Origin: Octopus sinensis
Lineage: Eukaryota
Assembly (NCBI RefSeq): GCF_006345805.1
Contig: NC_043000.1
Location: forward strand, 82,894,001-82,958,000
DNA: 64,000 nt
Direction of reading: 5' to 3'
The position numbers and the translations under genes were made by a program. This document shows positions 27,771-39,675 of this stretch, one piece after another. The notes under the pieces are model-generated. The model had not been told where the DNA came from. It made no database searches and saw only the letters and a program-made list of their open reading frames with translations. Within the stretch, counting starts at the first letter, position 1. Each line of letters begins with the position of its first letter.

Positions 27771-27813
27771 ATTTATTTCTATCGTGACATTCCAATTTTA
27801 TTATTTTTTTTAG

Positions 27814-27921
27814 GAAATATTAGCTCGTACAGGTTACACACTTGATGTTACGACAGGACAGCGGAAATATGGCGGTCCACCACCTGATTGGACAGGCATA
27901 TCACCAGGTTCTGGCCATGAA
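27814..27921 (+). CDS. Syncrip: hnRNP Q/R exon, linker before RRM1
   Basis: tttttag|GAA; EILARTGYTLDVTTGQRKYGGPPPDWTGISPGSGHE; donor gtaagt; 108 nt, phase 0-0. Confidence 0.97.
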
Positions 27922-27961
27922 GTAAGTGAGAACATTACTACTACTACTACTACTACTGTTT

Positions 27962-28860
27962 AGGCAGCAAGCTGGCAGAATCAGCACACTGGATGAAATG
28001 GTTAATGGCATTTCTTTTTGCTTTGTTTTATGAGTTCTAATTCTGCCATGGTCAACTTTGCCTTTCATCCTATTAGGGTCAATAAAATAAGTAGCAGTTG
28101 AGCATTAGGATCTTTGTAATTGGTTAGCCTCCTTCCTCAAAATTTCAAGCCTTGCACCTACAGAAAAAAAGATTATTGTTAAGGCTGCCAGAATCTAGCG
28201 GTATTTCTTCCAGTTCAACTCATATTCTGAGTTCAAATTACACCAGCATCTGTGAATTAAATACCAGTCAAGTACTGTATTCGAGGATATTGATTAATCC
28301 CCTCCCCTCAGAATTGTTGGCCTTGCGCCAAACTTTGAAACCATCATCATCGCATACAGTTTCACATTATATTGTCTTGTTAATAAAGTAAACATAATTT
28401 TGGATCTTTATGTTTTGGGTTCAGATACTACTGAAGTCAATTTTGCCTTTCATCCTTTCAGGTTCAATACAGTAAAGTACTGGTCATTTACTGGGGTCAG
28501 TATCATCAACAATTCCCCTCATCCAAATTTCATAGCTTGCATTTGTGTTAGAATCAATTCTTATTATAAAGGCAGTAGATTGGTAGAATCATAGGAGTAT
28601 CAGTTAAAATGCATCAGCTCTTAACATTCAGAAGTCAACTATGCCATTCATCCTTCTGGGATTGAAAAAATGAATTACCAGTTAAGTACTATGATCTGTG
28701 GTATTGACTTACCAACTCCTTTCAATCAAAACTCCTGGCTTTGTGCCTAAATTAGACATCATTGTTTCGGATGGTGAATTGGCTGAATGATTAAAGTATC
28801 AACAAAATTCCTTGAGGTATTTGTTCTGAGTTTAGATCTCACTAAGATACAGTTTTATGG
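27962..28860 (+). mobile_element. tandem cluster of about 5 copies of SINE family C
   Basis: repeated GGCAGCAAGCTGGCAGAATC…TCTGAGTTCAAAT…GTCAACTTTGCCTTTCATCC…AAGTACCAGT…TTGTGCC units. Confidence 0.75.
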
Positions 28861-29349
28861 GACTTATTTTCATTTCACTCTCTAGAAGTATCAACCTACC
28901 AAAATTTCAGTTGACCATCAACCTCAGCAACAACTCATAATTTCAGAAAGGACTGAAGGGTCCTATAAGCACTGACCTGTTCCTTTAGGCTAAAATAATT
29001 TCTGTATATTGTACGTGTATATTCATGCTGACATATATGCATATATACATAAGGATAGGGAAGCCTATTGTGTCTGTATGTGCACCTACACATATTAAAT
29101 TTTGTCTCCTCAGATGAAAAATGTTGAGTATATATTTGTTCCCTAGCTCTTCACTTTTGAAGATGAGTGGTATAAAAAAAATAGAAAGAACCATTGTAAA
29201 ACAAGTAAGAGCTAATGACAAAGAAAGGGCATCCAGTTGTAAAATAATGCCTTAATAATGCTTTCATCCAAGCCATTGTAGTATGGTAAAATAGGCATAA
29301 AATATACAAACAGAAATATGTGTATGTATGTCTGTGTATATATATGTGT

Positions 29350-29670
29350 GTGTGGTTGAGATGTTTGCTTCCCAACCATGTGGTCCTGGGCTCAGTCCCA
29401 CTGTGTGACACTTCAGGTAAGTGTCTTCTACTATAGTCCTGGGCCCACCAAAGCTTTGTGAGTAGATTTGGTAGATGGAAACTGAAAGAAGCCTTTTGTA
29501 CATATCTATGTGTTTGCTGTTGGTTCTTGGTCCCTTAACTTAGCGATTCAGTAAAAGAGACTGATAGGATAAATAACAGGTGTAAAAGATAAATGCTTGG
29601 GTTGATTTGTTTGACTAAATCCTTCAAGGCTGTACCCCAGCATGGACACAGTCCAGTGACTGAAATAAGT
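29350..29670 (+). mobile_element. SINE family B copy
   Basis: homology to 4685-5025. Confidence 0.75.
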
Positions 29671-29997
29671 AGCAGCACTCACACATACAACCCCAACATT
29701 ACAGCATTGCATTCTTGAAAAATCTTGCTTTTTGGTGGAATTTTATCCCATGTAACATATTTTCTATTGAATTCTCTATTATAACATTTTTGGAGATGCA
29801 ATGCTTTCATAACAGTGGGGAGACATGTATGAGCATGTAATTCTGTTATAAATTTATGTGATAAGAACTGTTGATTTGTTTTAATATAAACAAAAAATCT
29901 ACCAAATACCCAGTGCCATGAATCTAATGACCCCCAGAATATTGCAATTTTAGGTATTTTCAGTGAAGTAACTGTTCATTCCTATTTTCTATTTTAG

Positions 29998-30174
29998 GTC
30001 TTTTGTGGGAAAATCCCAAAAGATATATTTGAAGATGAGTTAATTCCGTTATTTGAAAAATGTGGCAAAATCTGGGACTTGCGGTTAATGGTTGATTCAG
30101 TGACTGGCTTCAGTCGAGGATATTGTTTTGTGACTTTCTGTGAGAAAGAAGGGGCTGTAGAAGCCAAAAAACAG
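29998..30174 (+). CDS. Syncrip: hnRNP Q/R exon, RRM1
   Basis: ttttag|GTC; VFCGKIPKDIFEDELIPLFEKCGKIWDLRLMVDSVTGFSRGYCFVTFCEKEGAVEAKKQ (RNP2 and RNP1); donor gttagt; 177 nt. Confidence 0.97.
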
Positions 30175-30746
30175 GTTAGTTCCTTCATAACCATCACAAA
30201 CCTTTTTCTTTTTTAATTTTATTTTTGTTGGATTTATCTGCAAACATTTCATATTTTATCTTCTGATGCATTTGTTTTCTGGGGTTTTTTTTTTCCATTT
30301 CTTTACATATAATTTCTTTAGAATATATATTTCTAACTCAATGGTTTATCAACAGCTAACAATAACAAAGTTATTTTACTTCATCCTTCAGATTTGTTGA
30401 TTAGCTGATTAGCTTTTTAAATTAACTGAAATAATGCCAGTGCATCTCACCCTCATTTACTGTCACACATATAAATGTTACCTTTCTTCTCTTATATCAA
30501 TATTATCTTCATCATCCATATATATATATGTGTGTGTATGTACACGTGCTTATTAAAACTGCAAAATCTTCACTGTTACTCAGAATTTCACATTCCTGTT
30601 TATCACACATTCATGATAAATACAGTATTCATCACAACTGTCCAATGAGCAGGAACAGTTGGTGAAGATTTTGCAGCTTTAATAAAAGCATATTACTCTA
30701 TTCCAGTACGATTTTTGTCCACCTTGTTTTGTATTTATGTGCTTAC

Positions 30747-30767
30747 TTGTGTGTGTGTGTATGTATG

Positions 30768-30840
<73 letters not shown>

Positions 30841-30865
30841 CACACACACACACACACACACATAC
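30747..30865. repeat. (TG)n/(TA)n/(CA)n compound microsatellite
   Basis: seen directly. Confidence 0.9.
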
Positions 30866-31718
30866 AGATGGTTGGATATAGATGCAGCCATGGCTATATG
30901 GTTCAGTGGTTTGCCTCCCAACCACATTTCAGGTTCAGTCCCACTACATGGCATCTTGGGTAAGTGGATTTGGTTGATGCAAACTGAAAGAAGTTTGCCA
31001 TATTTGTATATGTATGTGTCAGCTGTAGAAACCATACCAATGCTGGCATGAAGCCCTATGCCTCACTAGATCCTGTCAAACCATCCATCACATGCCAGCA
31101 AGGAAAACTGAGATGATGATGATGAAGTTGACAACGATGATGTGTAGGTATGCTTGTGTCTTCTTGTCTTGACTATGCGTGATAGTTTTAAATAAGCATC
31201 ACCATCATACAAGCAGTGTCCTTTATTTCCAATCTTCTGTGAAAATATATCAGGGCTTGGCCACAGGAAGGGCATCTGCCATAGAAAATCTGCCTCAGTG
31301 GTTTCTATTTGATTCATGCAAGCCTGTAAGTGGATATTGAAATAAATGATGATGATTTATATGTGTGTCGTCATCATCATCATTGTCATTTAACATCTGC
31401 TTTCCATGCTGGCATGGGCTGGATGGCTTGACTGACAGCTGGCAAGCTGGGAGGCTGCACCAGGCTCCAATCTGATTTGGCAAGATTCCTACAGCTGGAT
31501 GCCCTTCTTAATGCCAACCACTCTGAGAATGAAGTGAGTGCTCTTTATGTGCTACTGACATAGGAGCCAGTCAAGCAGCACTGGCATCGACCATGCTCAA
31601 ATAGTGCTTTTTACGTGGCACAGGTGCCAGTCAGACGACACTGGCATCAGTGTGTAATCTTTATTTCTACTATATCTGTCAATATGTATGAAATTATACG
31701 TGTGGTGTATATATATTA

Positions 31719-31918
31719 TAGGGTGGTCCAAAAGACATGCTCATAAAGGTCAGTATTGCTCCTGAATTGTCAAAAACATGCTTCAATTTTTCTAAAATTG
31801 AATAAAATAAATAAAATAATGATGAATACATGTGCTTGTACATGATGAACAAAATTAATAATAATAATGTAATAGAAATAAAATCTCAAATGTCTGATGT
31901 GTGACTTTTGGCCAGGCA
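31719..31918. mobile_element. Tc1/mariner-type MITE
   Basis: imperfect TIRs tagggtggtccaaaagac / gtgacttttggccaggca, TA-flanked. Confidence 0.4.
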
Positions 31919-32113
31919 TATATTACATACACATATACATGATAAATATACACACATACATTGTGTGTGTATGTATGTATATATGGTTTTCTCTCAATTA
32001 CCTAACTTTGTAATTGATCTGTTTTCAAATTAATCATATGGTTAATTTGATCTTTCTAATAAGCTAGAATTTCCTTTGTGTACTTAAATTTTTTTTTTCT
32101 TTGGTTATGATAG

Positions 32114-32249
32114 CTTGACAACCATGAAATTCGAAAAGGTAAACGCTTGAAGGTGAACATATCCATTGCCAATGTTCGCCTGTATGTTGGCAGTATTCCA
32201 AAGAGTAAGTCAAAAGAGGACATCAAAGAAGAATTCTCCAAATTAACAG
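32114..32249 (+). CDS. Syncrip: hnRNP Q/R exon, end of RRM1 and start of RRM2
   Basis: atag|CTT; LDNHEIRKGKRLKVNISIANVRLYVGSIPKSKSKEDIKEEFSKLT; donor gtaagc; 136 nt, phase 0-1. Confidence 0.97.
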
Positions 32250-33085
32250 GTAAGCAAAAATATTGTATATGATTGTTTAGAAATATTCCTTTCATAGTGT
32301 TTTGTTGACATTGGGAATTGCTTTCTCCCTCCCTTGTGTATATGTGTGTATGTATATATATATGTATTCATTTGTATATAATTTTAATAATGTAGGATTG
32401 TATTTCATGTGTATGTATAGTGTGGATGAGGTAGAATTGGAGTGTGTGTGCATGTGTATGTATATATATATAGAGAGAGAGAGAGAGACTGAAACACACG
32501 CAAAGGGTAATTGTAATTTCTGATTGTTTTGCCTTGAAATACTAACAATATGCCCTCTATCTGCCTAAGTCACATAGGCGATCGCTGAAGCTGCATAAGT
32601 GTCTTTATTGGGACTATGATAATACAACATTATGGTAGTTTCATGAAGTATTGTATCTTCTAAAGCAAAGCCCAAGGATATATGTGTACTATACCCTTTC
32701 TGTAGTACTAAGTATTACAAAGATACAGTACTATATACTATTAAAAAAATTATTTTATTAGTTTTAAGTAAAAAGAAAAACTTTCTTTAGATGGCCACAA
32801 GTTTTGCTTTAGCATTCAGATTACCCTCTCAAATGTAATGCTTATTTATTCACATTGTTTTTGAGATTTTGATGATGTGTTTGTTTATTTTCACAATAAC
32901 ATAGTAGGTTGGATCTGGTTAGTTTGAAAATAAAACAGGTAGAATATTTGGGCTGGATATGACTGCTTTATTACTAAAGGATTAAAATTTCCCTAATGCA
33001 GACAGTTCCTTGTTTTTTCTTTTTTTTTTTTTTGCCTTGTATGCCTCTAACACTATGGAGTTGTTTTCCATTGCTTACTTTGCAG

Positions 33086-33294
33086 AAGGTCTTGTTGATG
33101 TAATTGTTTATGGCTCAGCTGACAACCCCAAATGGAAGAACCGGGGGTTCGCCTTCCTTGAATATGATTCCCACAAGAGTGCATCTGCTGCAAAACGGAG
33201 ATTTACTTCGAGGAGTTTGAAAGCTTGGGGAGGGGAATTTGTTGTTGACTGGGCTGATCCTTTAGAGGAACCTGATACATCCACCATGTCCAAG
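33086..33294 (+). CDS. Syncrip: hnRNP Q/R exon, RRM2
   Basis: ttgcag|AA; EGLVDVIVYGSADNPKWKNRGFAFLEYDSHKSASAAKRR...VDWADPLEEPDTSTMSK; donor gtaaat; 209 nt, phase 1-0. Confidence 0.97.
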
Positions 33295-35599
33295 GTAAAT
33301 ATTGATTTGTTCATTGTAATCATAAATTTCTATATTTCTATATACTGTGTGTATGTGTCACAAACATCACTACTATTCAATGTGTTCCTTTTTTTTTTAT
33401 TTAAGACAAAGCTGGTTATGATTTGGGGTAATTTGACTATTATTTTAAGCAGGTCAAGTGAATGTGCAGAGGATTCGTTTGGCTCAACAGTTGAGCGGTC
33501 AGTGATGTTAGGTTGTCTGATTACCATCAAAAACCTTGTATTTAAATAGAGTATCTGGAGCAATTCAGTTTTTCAAGTGGGTAAAGTAGTAAACTAGCTG
33601 CTCATAAGTAAGGTGTTCAAATCTGCTGTAGTCAAAGTGCTGTGTTTCTGGGTAAGAACTCTTTATTTTACAGAGCATCATTGCACGTAACTGGAATAAA
33701 TACCAGGCCATTGGTTATTACATGTAGTAGACATATGTTCTAATATCCAGGAATAGGATTTAGACTTCATACTCTAAAAATCAGAACTAAGCACTAGCTC
33801 ATAGCTTGGTGTTTTGGAGACTTTTCCCAATCATCTGTGGAAGAAACTGGTGCAGATATGGGTATGTGGTTAACAAGTTTGCTTTGAGCCCCCTAGTTCA
33901 GAGTTCAATCCTACTGCAAATATTTTTGGTCAGGAAATCTTCACTGTAACCCCAGGTTGATCAAAAGTTTTGTGAGTGAATTTTGATAAACTGCAATTGT
34001 GGAAGCCATTGTGTATATGTATGTCCACTTTTCCATGCTTTCATGGGTTAGCTAAGATTTTATTGGGCCATTATTTCTACAACTGGATGCTCTTCCCAAT
34101 GCCAACTCCATCTGTTTGCAAGAAAGCTATTAACCGTACTCTGTCTAACAATGAACAGCTCAGACTGGCTTTTGCAGTGGACTACAACCAAAGGATACTG
34201 TCTGTATTAACAGTGAGACTTGTTTACAGTTTGACCACACTTGAAGAGAAGAGGAAATAGAAATTCACTCACACAAACGCATATGCATGCACCTACATGC
34301 ACACACACAGATACACGTGCATGCACCTACATACACTCATGCACACACAAATGCATGCATATTCCTGCACTCTCAGTTACTATCTTTTGTCATTTTTATC
34401 AGCAGAAATACTGTGAATAGTCTAATGCAAACCTATAAACTGACTTTATCATTCAGAAAAATGCTGGGCATAATAAAAATAGAATGTTTTGTTATATTTG
34501 GATGTCTTTCTTACTACTAAGCAAACAGACTAGGAAGTGTGTTTCATCTAAAATACAGCAAAAAGGGTATGGCAAGAATTGAACACCTTAACTACTGTTT
34601 CACTCCATGTAGATTGAAACAAGCAAAATTTGCGTGAAAAAGAATTGTGCCGTAATTGTAATTCTATTTTTGATTACAGGATTTTATTGTTTGTAGTACC
34701 CACTTTTTCCAATACTACTTCTTCCTCAATTGTAAGTTACTTAGTGACTTCACTGGTGCTGGCTTCACATAAAAAGCACCCAGTACACTCTGTAAAGTGG
34801 TTGGAATTAAAAAGGAATCCAGCTATAGAAGCCATACCAAAGCAAACAGTAGAGCTTTACACAAGTTCTCTTGCTCACCAGCTTCTGTCAAACCGTCCAA
34901 CCCATACCAGCATGGAAAGTGGACATTAAATGATGATGATGTTACCATCTATTTTGTCGTGCTAACATGGGTTGAGTGAATATATATTAAGATTTTATTT
35001 TGCAGTTGAATGTCTTTCTCGCTGCTAACCCTTGTTTTTCAAGCAAAGAGCCTTTTTATTACACTTTTCTTTGGAAGTGCAGTGCTAGCAGAGAATTTGT
35101 TGACAAAGAATGTCAACAAACGTTAATGTTTTTAACTCAGCTCTTTTCAAACAAAGCAAATAATCTAAACATTTATACACACACATATGCACACACACAC
35201 GTGTGTGTATGTATACATGTGCAATGGCCTTCCTTGGAGTTTCTGTCTACCAGTTTTACTCTTAAGGCATTGGGTGACCCAAAGCTAGCATAGAAAACAT
35301 TTGCCTAATTTGCTGCACAATGAGATGGAACTTGAGACCATGTGCTAGCAAAGCAAACTCTATGTTCACACAGCCATGCCATTGCCTGTTGGAAATATAT
35401 TTATTTTAATTATCTGCTAATATTTTTCTAGTCACAGATAGACATTGCTACACTTTACCATTTCAGTATATTGATATTCATCCTTTAATCTGGATTTTAA
35501 TTCTTTCCTCTTGTTTCTTTTCTCTTCTTTTCCCTTTAATTCTACCCTCTTCCCCTTCCTTTTCCTCCATTTCCGTCTGTTATCCCCATCCATCACCAG

Positions 35600-35773
35600 G
35601 TAAAGGTATTGTATGTAAGAAATCTTACCTCAGATGTTACAGAAGAACTTTTAAAAGAAAAATTTGGATATTTTGGTAAACTAGAACGAGCTAAAAAAAT
35701 AAAAGACTATGGTTTCATCCACTTTGAAGAACGGGAAGATGCTTTAAAAGCTCTTGAATCTCTGAATAATCAA
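35600..35773 (+). CDS. Syncrip: hnRNP Q/R exon, RRM3
   Basis: long pyrimidine tract then ccag|GTA; [58 protein letters not shown]; donor gtaagt; 174 nt. Confidence 0.97.
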
Positions 35774-35897
35774 GTAAGTAGCATTGTATTTCACATGTTT
35801 GTCCTTTTTTTTATCTTTCATATATTCGCTATTAAACCAGAAAACTGTTTTGTTGTATTTGTTCCCTGTGTCTTTGTTTAATTTTTGTCTCTTTTAG

Positions 35898-36013
35898 AAA
35901 ATTGGGGGTATGGAAATAGAAGTATCATTAGCAAAGCCTCCCACGGAAAACAGGAAAAAGGAACAGCGCAAACGAGAACAAGATCGTAGAGGTCCTGTTG
36001 CCATGTACCCAGG
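35898..36013 (+). CDS. Syncrip: hnRNP Q/R exon, end of RRM3 and basic helix
   Basis: cttttag|AAA; KIGGMEIEVSLAKPPTENRKKEQRKREQDRRGPVAMYP(G); donor gtaaga; 116 nt, phase 0-2. Confidence 0.95.
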
Positions 36014-36057
36014 GTAAGATAAGACATATTTATATATCTTGATCAAGTTTATTCCCT

Positions 36058-36360
36058 CATGGTTCTGGAGTCAGTCTCACTGTGTGACACATTGGGCATG
36101 TGTCTTCTGCTATAGCCCTGGGACAACCAAAGCCGTGTGAGTGGATTTTGTTAAGAGAAACTGAAAGAAGCCCATTGCATATGTGTGTATCTGTCCTCCA
36201 GCAATGCTTGACAGCTGGTATTGGTTTGTTTATGTCTCTGTAACAGTAGTTTGGCGTAAGAGACTGATAGAATAAGTACTGGGGTCAATGTGTGTGGCCA
36301 AACCTTTCAAGGCAGTGCCCTAGCATGGCTGAAATCTGATGACAAAGAGTAAAAGAAGAT
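36058..36360 (+). mobile_element. SINE family B copy
   Basis: homology to 4685-5025; starts about 45 nt after the exon donor at 36014. Confidence 0.7.
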
Positions 36361-37297
36361 ACAGTTGTTGATTTTTGTTGGCCTCCTTTACATTTGTACT
36401 GTCCAATAATATCAAAAGAAAAGATACACATGTACATGGGTATTGTAAGAGCAGGTGTGGTAAGAAGTTTGCTTCCAAACTATACAGTTCCTGATTCAGT
36501 TCCACTGCGTGGCACCTTGGGCAAGTGTCTCCTATTATGGCTCCAGGCTGATCAAAAGCCTTATGAATGAACTTGGTAGATAGAAACTGAAAGAATCTTG
36601 TTGTATATATGTATGGTGTGTGAGTGTATATTTCGTGCCTCCTAGTCTTGACATTGCATGATAGTTATGAAATGATTGTCACTGTCATACTAGCAGCACT
36701 TTCCATCTCCAGTATTCTGCAAGAACATGTCTTGCCATTGAGAAATATTGCCTTGCTTGGAAACAGATAACAGTTGGTAGCACATAGGACATCCGGATGT
36801 AGAAAATGAGACTCAGTAAACTCCATCCAACCCTTGCAAGCATGGTGAAGTTTATGTTAAAATGATAATAATATATATGTGGTAGATAGAAACTGAAAGA
36901 ATCTTGTATATATGTATGATGTATGAGTGTTCAGCTTTTGCCGAATGATCTGCACAAATGATTTATTACATCCATGCTGCACATTATTTCATTCTCTCCA
37001 TCAAATTGACATTGACTGAACAGGTGCACGGTGTACCACACTTAAGCTGTTGAAGTGATCACAGAGCAACGTGAAATGAAGTGTTTTGCTGAGGAACACA
37101 ATGCACCACCCAGTCTACAAATTGAAACCACGATCTAGCGATTGCAAGTGCAACACCCTAACCACAAGGCCATACACCCTCTATATAATTCTATATGGGG
37201 GTGGGTAGAATGCACACATATTCAAATTTAAATAGGATTGGTTTAAGGATAATATTTAATATGAAATATAAGTGTAGGTATATAAAGTTTCCATAAG

Positions 37298-37566
37298 ATT
37301 AATCAAAGATTATACTGAGGTCAGCCAAATATAGAGGATGCTGGGAAGAAAATACACACATGAACATATAAAAACTTTCAATATACTGTTTTTAGGTTAC
37401 TCCAAAACAATCTTCAATAATCCCATATGCATTGCATATGGGTTTATTGAAGATTGTTTTGGAGTAACCTAAAAACAGTATATTGAAAGTTTTTATATGT
37501 TCATGTGTGTATTTTCTTCCCAGCATCCTCTATATTTGGCTGACCTTAGTATAATCTTTGATTAAT
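37298..37566. repeat. near-perfect inverted repeat (134-bp arms, 1-nt spacer)
   Basis: 37298-37431 is the reverse complement of 37433-37566 with two mismatches. Confidence 0.97.
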
Positions 37567-38520
37567 TTGCATGCAATAATCTCAATGCTATATGGTAGTG
37601 AGACATGTACCCTGATGCAGAGGACATATAAAGACTAGAGGAATGAAGTTAGTATGCTCCCTTTGATGAGCAATGTCAGTGTAAATGAGCAACAGAGAAA
37701 AGTTAGGCACAAGAATCATTAGATGCAATGTACAACAGAGAAGACTGCATTGGTTTGGTCAGGTGATGCATATGGATGTGAGCAGTCGCATACAGAAGTG
37801 CTGATCACTTAGTGGAAGAGGTTGACCTAGGAGGTATTGAAGGCTGATCTCAATACACTGAGCCTTGTGAAGGAAATGACAAAGGATCGAGATATCTAGT
37901 GCCTTGCTGTACACACGAAAACCCATTTACTGCAGCAGAATTGATATCCTAAAACCACTTTGATAATGGTTGTCTATGAAGGGCTCTCTCCCATTCCCAC
38001 CTGCATTCTCCCTGCCTTGGCAACCATTTCCCTCTTCATTTCATCCCCTAATACCCATCACTTCTCTATTACCTGAGAGCAGAATAGGCACTTACATCAC
38101 CCTACCCCACTAGCTTTCTCAGTTATTTTCCTTGCCCCCACCCCAAACCACTTCCATTTCTCATTATCTTCCCCTGCCTGCTGTCTCTACGAATCACCTC
38201 CTTTCTATGTCTTCTCTCCAGTGTGTGGTTAACACCTTTTCTGCTATCACCCTCAATGCTCTAGAATGTTTATCGCCCCCACCCCACCTTTCCTATTTTT
38301 CACTTCTGATGATGACCTCTACTCTGCCCATTTACCCAGTCCAAATCTCTGTATCACCTTACTTATTCTCACTACCCCAATGTCCAGACACATCTTTACT
38401 ATCATCTCTCACTTTTGTTGTACTCTCTGATTCACCCTCTCTCTGACTCATTTACCTTTCTTTTCCAACTGGAATATCCATGTATCTACTCTTCAGCAAA
38501 ACACATATCCTTGTTCCTGT
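37567..38520 (+). mobile_element. 5'-truncated RTE-clade LINE: ORF C-terminus and pyrimidine-rich 3'UTR
   Basis: MLYGSET, RRLHWFGQVMHMD, GRG.PR and MTKDRD remnants followed by a CT-rich tail. Confidence 0.8.
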
Positions 38521-38917
38521 ATATCTTTAACCATTTAACATTCAGATTAGTCTGAAATGTAATCCTTATTTGTTCATATTGTTATGAATTAATCATGCAT
38601 TATTTTGCAGCTTCACGATTTCAATGATATTATTGTTTATTTTTACAATGACATTGTAGGGTAGATGCGAGAGGCTGGATCTGACCAGTTGGAACATAAA
38701 ACGGGTATATTTTGGCCAGATGTGGCTGGTTTGAATGCTAATAAGTTGATCTCACGTTAACTGGCACAAAGCCCTCCCCCTCCCAGTTGAGGGGTTTTTG
38801 TCTTGCAAGATATTTGGCAACCCTGTCAGTGCTGGTGCCATGTAAAAAACATATATTAATCTGGTGTAGTCATAATGAATAACTAGAGAAGTACAAAGGT
38901 AATAGAGTGTAACTGTA

Positions 38918-39225
38918 GACATGGCTCTGGAGTGAAAAAGTTCACTTCCCAGACGTGGTTTCAAGTTCAGTCCCACTGTGTGACATCTTGGTCAAGTGCC
39001 TTCTACTCTAGCCCCTGGCCAGCAAAGTCTTGTGAGTGGATTTGATTGACAGAAACTGAAAGAAACTTATTGCACACATATACCTGTACATATCTGTGTG
39101 AGTGTGTCTTCATGTTTATTCACCACTCACTACTTGACAACCAGTGTTTGTTTACATACCTGTAACTTAGTGTTTTAGCAATAAGTACTGGGGTCAAGCC
39201 ATCAGTGACTGAAACAAGTAAAGCA
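38918..39225 (+). mobile_element. SINE family B copy
   Basis: homology to 4685-5025. Confidence 0.7.
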
Positions 39226-39553
39226 TAAATAAATATATTTATAGGTATGTTATTGTGCCTCTTCATCATAATATGGTGTGGTAGTCATAAATATCACTAT
39301 CATATAAGCGGGTGTTATTCATTTCTAATCTTACATGAAAATGTCCAATTATGGATTAATTCAGGGTGCAGTTTAATAAAGTATTGCTACCATCGTATGG
39401 AAATTAGGGTATTTGCTGTGGTTTTTATGCATCCAATTTATTTTCCTTTATTCCATATTAAGCTCAAAACTTATTTGAGAGTATTGGAGTGAAAAATGTT
39501 AACAGTTCTTCTTCACATATTGTTGTTATGCATCTCATGTTTATTTACTGTAG

Positions 39554-39675
39554 ATATGACGACTACTGGTGCATGCCACCAGGACGCATGCCACCACCTC
39601 CTCCTCCACCACTCTCTGGACGTGGCATGAGGCGACCACCTCCCCCACCCCCTCCTCCTGCCAGGGGTGGTTATG
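39554..39675 (+). CDS. Syncrip: hnRNP Q/R exon, Tyr/Pro/RG-rich region
   Basis: ctgtag|A; YDDYWCMPPGRMPPPPPPPLSGRGMRRPPPPPPPPARGGY; donor gtgagt; 122 nt, phase 2-1. Confidence 0.92.

Noticed and set aside
33083-33088. NAGNAG acceptor (CAG AAG)
   Set aside because: AAG is a weak distal acceptor and the effect would be a single residue; no supporting evidence
33010-33549. 179-aa ORF as a single-exon gene
   Set aside because: Only 33086-33294 is homologous to SYNCRIP; the flanks are intronic read-through bounded by canonical splice sites
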